Shown piece by piece: positions 56,895 through 64,000 of a stretch of 64,000 nucleotides of DNA. This stretch comes from Candidatus Omnitrophota bacterium. GTDB lineage: Bacteria > Omnitrophota > Gorgyraeia > Zapsychrales > Zapsychraceae. The DNA is taken from positions 324,876-388,875 of the forward strand of contig JAJDCB010000030.1 in NCBI GenBank assembly GCA_029261065.1. The letters are read 5' to 3'. The position numbers and the translations under genes are program-made. The stretch's first letter is position 1. Each line of letters begins with the position of its first letter. The notes beneath the pieces are model-generated. The model searched no databases. It had not been told where the DNA came from and saw only the letters and a program-made list of their open reading frames with translations.

Positions 56895-57836
56895 ATGATG
56901 AAGATAGTTATGTTTGGATTAGGTTCAATTGGTCATAGGCATGCCAGGATCTTAAAAGATCATTTTGATTGTAAGCTGTATGCTTATCGTCGGAAAAAAG
57001 GTGAGGGTAACGACTTGGGGGTAGAAGAAATTGATAGCGATCAAGAGCTTCAAGCCCTTAATGCCGATATCGCCTGTATTTGTAATCCAACATCGTTTCA
57101 TATGGATACAGCTATAAAATGTGCCAAGTTAAATATGCATTTGTTCATTGAAAAACCGTTGTCGCATTCTTTATCAAAAATTGATGAGCTAACATCGTTG
57201 TGTCATAAGAAACATTTGACGTGTTACACGGCATATAACTTAAGGTTTCATCCTGTTATAGGAAAGATTAAAGTGTTGCTTCAGAAAAGAAAGTTGTATC
57301 ACGCACGCATTGTTTGTAGTTCTTATTTACCTGATTGGCGAGCAGATCAAGATCATAAGTTAAGCTACTCCTCATCAAAAGAATTGGGGGGCGGTGTTGT
57401 TTTTGATTTGTCCCACGAATTGGATTTTACGCAGTATCTTTTTGGATCAATTAAAGAGATGGAGGGGCATTATCTTCGACGTGCTGATATCACCCTTGAT
57501 TCGGAGGACTGTGTGGATATCTTGTTGCGTTGTGACGATAATTTACCGGTGAATATGCATCTTAATTTTTTATCTCACCTTAAGGAGCGTACGATCAAAG
57601 TAGATTTTGAAAATGGATATATCGTGGGTGATTTAATGAATAATGAAGTCCGGTTTTATTGTGATGGTGAGCTTCAACAATTTAGTTTTGATGAGAATAT
57701 GCATGATGTCTATCGCAATCAATGGCAGTATTTTTTTGATCATATGAATAAACCAAAGGGGATGAATCAAATTGATGAATCCAAAGAATTATTAGAAAAA
57801 ATGGTGAAATTTAAGGTTGAAGCACATGCAGGATAG
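56895..57836 (+). CDS. Gfo/Idh/MocA-family NAD(P)-dependent oxidoreductase (PtmF-like)
   Basis: N-terminal Rossmann motif MFGLGSIGHRH. Confidence 0.65.
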   Translation: MMKIVMFGLGSIGHRHARILKDHFDCKLYAYRRKKGEGNDLGVEEIDSDQELQALNADIACICNPTSFHMDTAIKCAKLNMHLFIEKPLSHSLSKIDELTSLCHKKHLTCYTAYNLRFHPVIGKIKVLLQKRKLYHARIVCSSYLPDWRADQDHKLSYSSSKELGGGVVFDLSHELDFTQYLFGSIKEMEGHYLRRADITLDSEDCVDILLRCDDNLPVNMHLNFLSHLKERTIKVDFENGYIVGDLMNNEVRFYCDGELQQFSFDENMHDVYRNQWQYFFDHMNKPKGMNQIDESKELLEKMVKFKVEAHAG

Positions 57837-58542
57837 AATTTTATTAACGGTGGCTGCTCGAGGGGGATCTAAAGGGGTTAAGAATAAAAATATTCGTGAT
57901 CTTAATGGACTTCCTTTAATCGCGCACACTATTAATCAAGCCATAGCTTGGGGAAAAGCGGATTCAATTGTTTGTTCGACTGATTCACAAGATATTGCCG
58001 ATGTTGCTCGTGAATATGGAGCTCAAGTGCCTTTTATGCGTCCTGAACATTTAGCGGAAGATACTTCAGGAAAACGGGATGTGCTTAAACACGCTTTAAA
58101 ATATATGGAAGATCAGACGCTAAGCAAATTTAACATCCTTATTGATCTAGATGCAACAGCTCCCATTCGTACTTTAAGCGATTTGGATGGTTCTTTGGAA
58201 TTGTTTAAAGAAAAACAAGCGAAGTGTGTTTTCAGTGTAACACCTGCACGAAAGAATCCTTATTTTAATATGGTGGAGCTCGATGCTAACAATGTCTCAA
58301 GGTTATCCAAGAATTTAAAAAAACCGTTAGTTCGAAGGCAAGATGCACCAAAGGTATTTGATATGAATGCTTCTATTTATATTTATGATCGCGAGTTTTT
58401 ATTGGATGAAAAGTCAGATACCGTATTTTCAGATCAATCCTATGCCTGGGTGATGGATGAAATATCCGCTTTTGATATTGATACCGAACAAGATTTTCGG
58501 TTTTTAGAATTTTTAACTAAAGAACAGTTGGTTCAACTATGA
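57826..58542 (+). CDS. neuA: CMP-nonulosonic acid synthetase (acylneuraminate cytidylyltransferase; LegF/PtmB/NeuA-like)
   Basis: N-terminal AARGGSKGVKNKN motif. Confidence 0.8.
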   Translation: MQDRILLTVAARGGSKGVKNKNIRDLNGLPLIAHTINQAIAWGKADSIVCSTDSQDIADVAREYGAQVPFMRPEHLAEDTSGKRDVLKHALKYMEDQTLSKFNILIDLDATAPIRTLSDLDGSLELFKEKQAKCVFSVTPARKNPYFNMVELDANNVSRLSKNLKKPLVRRQDAPKVFDMNASIYIYDREFLLDEKSDTVFSDQSYAWVMDEISAFDIDTEQDFRFLEFLTKEQLVQL

Positions 58543-59327
58543 TCGATTATTTATCTAAATTTTCACTTAAAGGGAAAAAGGCTGTTGTCACAGGTGGTTG
58601 TGGGCTTATTGGTGGTGAGATCGTTTCGGCATTATCTCAAGCCGGAGCAGATGTTCTGGTGGCTGACATTAATAAAGAGAAGGCCTCACAGATTATTGGA
58701 GAAGGTCGGGATCATGAAGGAGGTGTCGCGTTTTATCATTTTGATATAACTGATATCGAGCAGTTAAAAAGTAATATAGAAAATATGACAAAACAAGCAA
58801 CACAAGTGGATATTTGGGTGAATAGTGCTTATCCAAGAACAGAGGACTGGGCGGCAGCTCCGGAAGATATAAAAGCAGATTCGTGGCAAAAAAATGTAGA
58901 TATGCAGTTAAATTCTTTTTCTCTTTCGTCAAAATATATTGCTGAGCACATGAAAGAAAGAGGTGGGAGCATTATTAATTTAGGCTCCATTTACGGTGTA
59001 TTAGGGCCAGATTTTAGCGTGTACGATGGAACGGAAATGACTAACCCAATGGCATACGCCGCCATAAAAGGTGGCATTATTAATTGTGATCGTTATCTGG
59101 CTTCGTATTTTGGAAAATTTAATGTTCGTGTTAACACCGTTTGTCCTGGTGGCGTTTTTGCGGATCAAAATGCTACGTTTGTTAAAAATTATAATAAGAA
59201 AACGCCTTTAGGGCGTATGGCCAAGACAGAAGAAGTTGCTTCTGCTGTTTTGTTTTTAGCCTCAGATGCTGCTTCCTATATTACGGGAAGTACATTTTTG
59301 GTCGATGGTGGGTGGAGTATTGTTTAA
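58539..59327 (+). CDS. short-chain dehydrogenase/reductase (PtmA-like)
   Basis: TGGCGLIGG cofactor motif and YAAIK (YxxxK). ATGA overlap. Confidence 0.75.
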   Translation: MIDYLSKFSLKGKKAVVTGGCGLIGGEIVSALSQAGADVLVADINKEKASQIIGEGRDHEGGVAFYHFDITDIEQLKSNIENMTKQATQVDIWVNSAYPRTEDWAAAPEDIKADSWQKNVDMQLNSFSLSSKYIAEHMKERGGSIINLGSIYGVLGPDFSVYDGTEMTNPMAYAAIKGGIINCDRYLASYFGKFNVRVNTVCPGGVFADQNATFVKNYNKKTPLGRMAKTEEVASAVLFLASDAASYITGSTFLVDGGWSIV

Positions 59328-59345
59328 AGAAAGTGATGTGTATTG

Positions 59346-60326
59346 ATGAGTAGGGCTTTTGTTGCAGATAAAAAAAGACTCATAAAGAATTTGGTCATTA
59401 TTGATGGTCATGTTCGGACTGGTAAGTTTTTTATGGGTAATGTATTGGATGGGTTTGAAAAGATCGATCATTATCAGTGTGTTGGCGTCTTAGAACAAGT
59501 GCCTCATTTGGAGTACTTGGGATTTATCCCAAGGCAAACAGCAAAATTTTTGATTCAAACAACCATTGATACTTATGGTTATAACATGCGTGTAGGACGC
59601 GATTTAAATTTTCGAAAAGGTGATAAATCTAGTTTAGTAGGGAGTTTTGAGGAAAAAAGATATGTTAAGCGTATGAATGAAGAGAAGGGGTATAAGCAAG
59701 TTTTAAGGGATATTGCAAGTGATGGAAGATATTCCGTTTTTATCCTTCATGAAATCATGATGAATATAAAACTATTGTTTGAAGCCTTTCCACAGTTAAA
59801 AGTTTTAAGGATGAATCGTCATCCTGTTGATGTGATTCATTCTTGGTATAAAAAGGGATGGTGCAAAAGGGAGGCAACCGATCCATTTTCATTCGGACCA
59901 TGTATAACAGCAAAGGATGGTGATATAGCATGGTATGCGCATCCTTGGCGAGAGAAATATAATGTGTTATCCCATATGGATCGTGTTATTGAGTGTTTAA
60001 ACTATTTATCTAGAAGTGCAAAAAAAGGCTATGCTTCGCTTGAGAGTAAATATCAAAAACGGATTAACGTTATTTCTTATGAAAATTTGGTAGAAGAGCC
60101 TCAAAAAGTTTTAAAGAGTATTGGCAAGTTTTTAAAAATAGATCCTTCAAAACATATGTCAAAGATATTAGAGAAAGAACATTGCCCAGGAAAGATATCG
60201 TTAGATGCTAGAGAAGATAAAAAGAAATTTATTGAGAAAAAAGCGTCAAGAGCAGGTTTTGAGACGTTGTTGCGTTTATCAAAAGAGTATGAAGACAATT
60301 ATCAGTTGTTAAATTGGCTGCAATAG
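59346..60326 (+). CDS. PAPS-dependent sulfotransferase-like protein
   Basis: 5'-PSB-like HVRTGKF and a strong 3'-PB-like RHPVDVIHSWY (compare SULT RNPKDVAVSYY). PAPS-synthesis genes sit in the same locus. Confidence 0.55.
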   Translation: MSRAFVADKKRLIKNLVIIDGHVRTGKFFMGNVLDGFEKIDHYQCVGVLEQVPHLEYLGFIPRQTAKFLIQTTIDTYGYNMRVGRDLNFRKGDKSSLVGSFEEKRYVKRMNEEKGYKQVLRDIASDGRYSVFILHEIMMNIKLLFEAFPQLKVLRMNRHPVDVIHSWYKKGWCKREATDPFSFGPCITAKDGDIAWYAHPWREKYNVLSHMDRVIECLNYLSRSAKKGYASLESKYQKRINVISYENLVEEPQKVLKSIGKFLKIDPSKHMSKILEKEHCPGKISLDAREDKKKFIEKKASRAGFETLLRLSKEYEDNYQLLNWLQ

Positions 60327-60334
60327 AGAAACTT

Positions 60335-62413
60335 ATGAGTCAAAAAGATACAAATAAAAGAATTGAAAGAATTTGTTGGATTGAACAACTAGATGTTGTT
60401 TCTTTATTGAGTTTTTTATCTTTGCATGCAAAGAGCAAATTTTCGCATGTCAAATATACAAGAGTTTCAAGAAGAGCTTTAAAGTTATTCCAACTGTTTT
60501 GCAAAAAAGATTGTGATGTGTCTGCTGTTGAATTTGCTCATAGAGAGGTTACGGTCTTTGATAAGTTACAAGTTATTAGAGAATACGATAAAAATAACAA
60601 TACAACCTCTTCATTAAATTCATATGATTTGGCTAAAGAAGGGATTCTTAAAAATATTGTAGGTCATGGAGCAACTCAAAAGATGAGTCAATTTCTTGAT
60701 CAGGAATTGGCGATGGAATTAAAGGGGCCTTTGAGTTTGATTCAGCAGATTCAATTAGATAAGAATTCTGATAGGGAAGTTAATAGTGTTATCAATCATG
60801 TATTGGTGAAAAATACGCCGTGGGTTTCTTCTCTTAATGGTTATATTAAATCCAATAATTTATCTATTGTCTTAAATCCTTTTTTTAATATAAGAGGGGC
60901 CTTGGCCTTAGTTTATCAACCGATTAAGCTGTTGTGTGAGCTTTTGGCAAATGGTTTATTAATGTTAGTGGGACAAAGTGTGCATAAAAGAGAGATTCCT
61001 AAAAATAGGAAGATTGCGGTATTATTCGCGCAGGGTGCGAATTTGGAAAAACGTTGTGATTTTTACTGGTATTCTCGATCGTTGTTTAGCCCTGATGATA
61101 TCATTGTATATTTTAAGACACACTTGCATCCTCCTACGGAGAAAGTTATAAAATTACTCAAAGGTTATGCTTTGCCTTGGTTAAAATTAATGCCACGAAG
61201 ATTGAAACTGTCTCCAACGCAGCAAACAGCATTTGAGATTAACATATTTCCTTGCTCAGAATACAGTAAGGGTATTAAAAGAACAATGAAGTTAGCGTGG
61301 GCGTTGCTATTTGCTCATGGAAAAGAAGGTTATTTCGGATTCTATTGGTTTTGGCCTAAATTACTTCATCTTATGGATGATGTTCATTTTTTCCGTGCTT
61401 TTTTTGAAGTTTATAATGTGAAGTTGCATTATGGTGCGTATGAATACGGGCGGCATATGATGGCTGCTAATATTGCTATCGATATGGAAGATGGGGTGGA
61501 TCTTTGTCATCATTGGTCTAATTACGATTTTGTTGATATCCCATTAAGTAAGCCTCATGATGTGTATTTTACGTGGGGACCCTATTTTAAGAATAATTTC
61601 TTCGATCAACCCTTTTATCATGTAAAAAATTATGTTTCCTCCGGGTATATTCACGATTTTACATTTTCGTTATATAAAGAATTGGCCCAAAAACATAAAG
61701 AGAGATTGTTAGAAAAGGGAGCTAAGTTTATTATTAGTTTCTTTGATCAAGAGTTATGGGATATTGAATCTATTTGGAATAAAGAACATATCCGTATGTA
61801 TCAATTTTTATTGGAGTTACTTATTGAAAATAAAGATTTAGGGCTTATCATTAAACCAAAAAAGATTTCTTCTAATGAACATTTTAAGACGTGTTACCCT
61901 GGGCTAAAAGATTTGTTTTTAAAGGCGTTAGAAACTAAAAGACTTATACTTCTTGATAAATTCTCTGTTCCTTGTGAAGCGGCTATGGCTTCTGATCTTG
62001 CGATAGGCATGGGTGTTTCCAGTTCGCCTTCACTGGAGGCTGCTCTTTTAGGTATTAAATCTGTAACTTACGATGCCGAAGGCGTGGGCCATCATCCTAT
62101 GTATGAAAAAGGAATTAATAATGTCATTTTCTCTGATATTGAAGCTATGAAACAATCCGTCCGAAAGTGTTTAGACCAAACAGATGATTGTCATGTCGGT
62201 GATTATTCTTTTGTCATAGATGATGTGGATCCATTTCGAGATGGTCGATCTCGAGAACGTGTTGGAGAGTATGTATGCTCTTTATTAGATAGTATTAATA
62301 AGGGAAAACACAAAAAGGAAGCTATTGATTTAACAAATGAAGAATATAGAGGGCGTTACGGTTTTGATTCTGTAATGCCACGGATCAATGAAGATCAACT
62401 CGTTAACCATTAG
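60335..62413 (+). CDS. large hypothetical cytoplasmic protein (candidate glycosyl- or nonulosonate transferase)
   Basis: ORF of about 690 aa with no recognisable motif. Located between the sulfotransferase and dehydrogenase genes. Confidence 0.3.
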   Translation: MSQKDTNKRIERICWIEQLDVVSLLSFLSLHAKSKFSHVKYTRVSRRALKLFQLFCKKDCDVSAVEFAHREVTVFDKLQVIREYDKNNNTTSSLNSYDLAKEGILKNIVGHGATQKMSQFLDQELAMELKGPLSLIQQIQLDKNSDREVNSVINHVLVKNTPWVSSLNGYIKSNNLSIVLNPFFNIRGALALVYQPIKLLCELLANGLLMLVGQSVHKREIPKNRKIAVLFAQGANLEKRCDFYWYSRSLFSPDDIIVYFKTHLHPPTEKVIKLLKGYALPWLKLMPRRLKLSPTQQTAFEINIFPCSEYSKGIKRTMKLAWALLFAHGKEGYFGFYWFWPKLLHLMDDVHFFRAFFEVYNVKLHYGAYEYGRHMMAANIAIDMEDGVDLCHHWSNYDFVDIPLSKPHDVYFTWGPYFKNNFFDQPFYHVKNYVSSGYIHDFTFSLYKELAQKHKERLLEKGAKFIISFFDQELWDIESIWNKEHIRMYQFLLELLIENKDLGLIIKPKKISSNEHFKTCYPGLKDLFLKALETKRLILLDKFSVPCEAAMASDLAIGMGVSSSPSLEAALLGIKSVTYDAEGVGHHPMYEKGINNVIFSDIEAMKQSVRKCLDQTDDCHVGDYSFVIDDVDPFRDGRSRERVGEYVCSLLDSINKGKHKKEAIDLTNEEYRGRYGFDSVMPRINEDQLVNH

Positions 62414-62428
62414 AATTAGGATAATCTC

Positions 62429-63682
62429 ATGAATAAGAAAATAGATACGAATAAAGAATTGGATATGGTCATTGTTGGAGGCCTTGGACATGTTGGATTA
62501 CCATTAGGGTTGTCTTTTGCCAATGAAGGTCAAAAGGTCTGTCTGTATGACATTGACGAAAGGAATGCAGAGCATGTAAAAAACGGAAAAATGCCGTTTG
62601 TCGAGTATGAGGCTGAGCCTATCTTAAAAAAGGTTCTCGCCAATGGTCAACTTACGATTTCTCAGGATAAAAGTGTGATTTCAAAGGCGAAGTATGTTGT
62701 AATTGCTATCGGGACACCAGTGGATGAGTATTTGACACCAAAGGTAAGATCCTTTTTTGAACTTTTTGATGGGCTAAAAGATTATTTAGATGAAGAACAA
62801 ATTATTATTATCCGTAGCACGGTCTATCCTAAGACATGTCAACAATTGGCAAAGTATTTAGAGAAGAAAGGTGAGCGTTATAACATAGCCTATTGTCCTG
62901 AGCGTATTGTTCAAGGGTACTCAATTAAAGAGCTTAAAGAGTTACCACAAATCATATCAGGTATTAATGATTTATCGATCGAGAAGGCTAATGATCTTTT
63001 TAGTCTCCTATCACCAAAGATCATCAAAGTCTCTATTGAGGAGGCCGAGTTGGCGAAACTTTTTACAAATGCCTGGCGATATATTCAGTTTGCCATGGCG
63101 AATCAGTTCTACATGATTTCAGAGAGTTTTGGGGTGGATTTCAATCGTGTTAGAAATGTCATGATGGATAGTTATGGTCGGGTGGCAAGTTTGCCAGGTG
63201 CAGGATTTGCAGCTGGACCATGTTTGCTTAAAGATACCATGCAACTTGTTGCTTCATGCAGTAATAATTTTTTTATGGGAAATGCCGCGATGATGGTTAA
63301 TGAAGGGTTGCCTAATTTTCTTGTGGAAAAACTACAATCAAAATTTGATTTAAATCAAAAGACTGTTGGTGTTTTGGGTATGGCTTTTAAAGCAGATATT
63401 GATGATATTAGAGACTCCTTATCCTATAAGCTTTGTAAGATTCTCAAATTTCACGGCGCTGAGGTTATTTGTTCAGATGATTATGTGAATGATAAGAATT
63501 TTGTGTCTAAAGAAGAATTGATTAAACGGTGCGACATTATTGTTGTTGGTGTCCCACACAGTCAATATCGCGACATCGTTATTCCAGATCATATTGAATT
63601 GATGGATTTATGGGGTATCGCGAAAAGAGATGTATCTGAGGCTGCAAATGAATTTTCAAACCGGATTAAAGTTAAGGTTTAA
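62429..63682 (+). CDS. UDP-glucose/GDP-mannose dehydrogenase-family nucleotide-sugar dehydrogenase
   Basis: N-terminal NAD motif VIVGGLGHVGL. Catalytic Cys region (AGPCLLKD) and central domain. Confidence 0.75.
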   Translation: MNKKIDTNKELDMVIVGGLGHVGLPLGLSFANEGQKVCLYDIDERNAEHVKNGKMPFVEYEAEPILKKVLANGQLTISQDKSVISKAKYVVIAIGTPVDEYLTPKVRSFFELFDGLKDYLDEEQIIIIRSTVYPKTCQQLAKYLEKKGERYNIAYCPERIVQGYSIKELKELPQIISGINDLSIEKANDLFSLLSPKIIKVSIEEAELAKLFTNAWRYIQFAMANQFYMISESFGVDFNRVRNVMMDSYGRVASLPGAGFAAGPCLLKDTMQLVASCSNNFFMGNAAMMVNEGLPNFLVEKLQSKFDLNQKTVGVLGMAFKADIDDIRDSLSYKLCKILKFHGAEVICSDDYVNDKNFVSKEELIKRCDIIVVGVPHSQYRDIVIPDHIELMDLWGIAKRDVSEAANEFSNRIKVKV

Positions 63683-63683
63683 G

Positions 63684-64000
63684 ATGGCTTTTAAGCGAGA
63701 TATAGATACTATCTTAGTAACTGGGGCTTCGGGGAAACTCGGAAGTAGCATTGTTAGTTCCGGTTTATTTAAGAATATCTTAAGTCCTTCAAGAGAAGAG
63801 TTGGATATAACGGATAGCAACTCTGTGAATAAATATATCGAATCTTACGATTTTGATGCTGTTATTCATTGTGCGGCTTTAGCTAGGGTTAAGATGTGCG
63901 AAAAAGAGCCGCAAAAAGCTAGATCCACAAACGTTTATGGTACGGGACATTTAGTCGATGCCATAACGAAGAAAGAAGCTCAATTGCATACAGCTATCCG
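63684..64000 (+). CDS. RmlD-like (dTDP-4-dehydrorhamnose reductase family) SDR, N-terminal part; 3' end truncated by the window edge
   Basis: ILVTGASGKLG ... ELDITD ... DAVIHCAA layout matches the RmlD substrate-binding family. Open to the window end. Confidence 0.55.
   Translation, partial: MAFKRDIDTILVTGASGKLGSSIVSSGLFKNILSPSREELDITDSNSVNKYIESYDFDAVIHCAALARVKMCEKEPQKARSTNVYGTGHLVDAITKKEAQLHTAI

Noticed and set aside
1-64000. rRNA, tRNA or tmRNA genes
   Set aside because: No T-loop-like GGTTCGAATCC-type motifs or rRNA-like stretches were seen in any intergenic region. The only structured non-coding RNA candidate is the B12 riboswitch leader.

Overview
This reads as a low-GC (roughly 35-40%) Gram-negative accessory region, most likely from a Legionellales-like gammaproteobacterium. 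The organism call is inference only.

The window falls into three blocks.

(1) Positions 1-2780 hold the 3' end of an NAD-dependent sugar epimerase gene and two minus-strand envelope genes.

(2) Positions 2879-9436 hold a sigma70-like promoter, a cobalamin (B12) riboswitch with its own intrinsic terminator, and then a btuB-like TonB-dependent receptor plus a BtuF/D/C-type ABC importer. A Dph6/MJ0570-like PP-loop ATPase gene sits inside this operon, which is unexpected.

(3) At the 3' end of the permease gene (9343-13504) three degenerating copies of that gene's last ~90 bp delimit three small cassettes: a tripartite HipB-HipS-HipT toxin-antitoxin module, an antitoxin/ParE module, and two signal-peptide proteins of unknown function. 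A strong terminator follows. Past a near-consensus sigma70 promoter at 13634-13661 lies a polysaccharide locus of more than 50 kb, described below.

The polysaccharide locus (all + strand, tightly packed, many ATGA start/stop overlaps) encodes:
- a winged-helix regulator and a UXS-like decarboxylase;
- a heptose module with a domain-swapped HldE-like enzyme, GmhA, an SDR and a HAD phosphatase;
- an APH-like kinase, a split transketolase and a methyltransferase;
- an embedded HepT/MNT toxin-antitoxin pair flanked by dRS3-like repeats;
- an alcohol dehydrogenase followed by a CYTH - DUF4956-like - CotH - VTC gene set of unknown function;
- twin sugar C-methyltransferases, a cupin, a DegT aminotransferase and a formyltransferase;
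- membrane proteins, rfbF and rfbG, and an MsbA-like ABC exporter;
- a LegB/LegC-like dehydratase and aminotransferase;
- an unusual pyruvate-kinase::ATP-sulfurylase fusion with an APS kinase and an AlkP-superfamily protein;
- a complete legionaminic-acid set (LegH/NeuD-like, NeuB, NeuC, PtmE, PtmF, LegF, PtmA) with inserted HisF/HisH homologues and a tandem-fused double WbuX-like amidotransferase, implying acetimidoylation;
- a sulfotransferase-like protein, a large orphan protein, a nucleotide-sugar dehydrogenase, and the 5' part of an RmlD-like reductase.

Two repeat families punctuate the region: ATTCCC-N8-GGGAAT (Neisseria dRS3-like) palindromes at four sites, and a ~165-220 bp MITE with 22-bp terminal inverted repeats in four copies. 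A 6-copy, 26-bp tandem array lies downstream of btuB. No rRNA, tRNA or CRISPR array is apparent.
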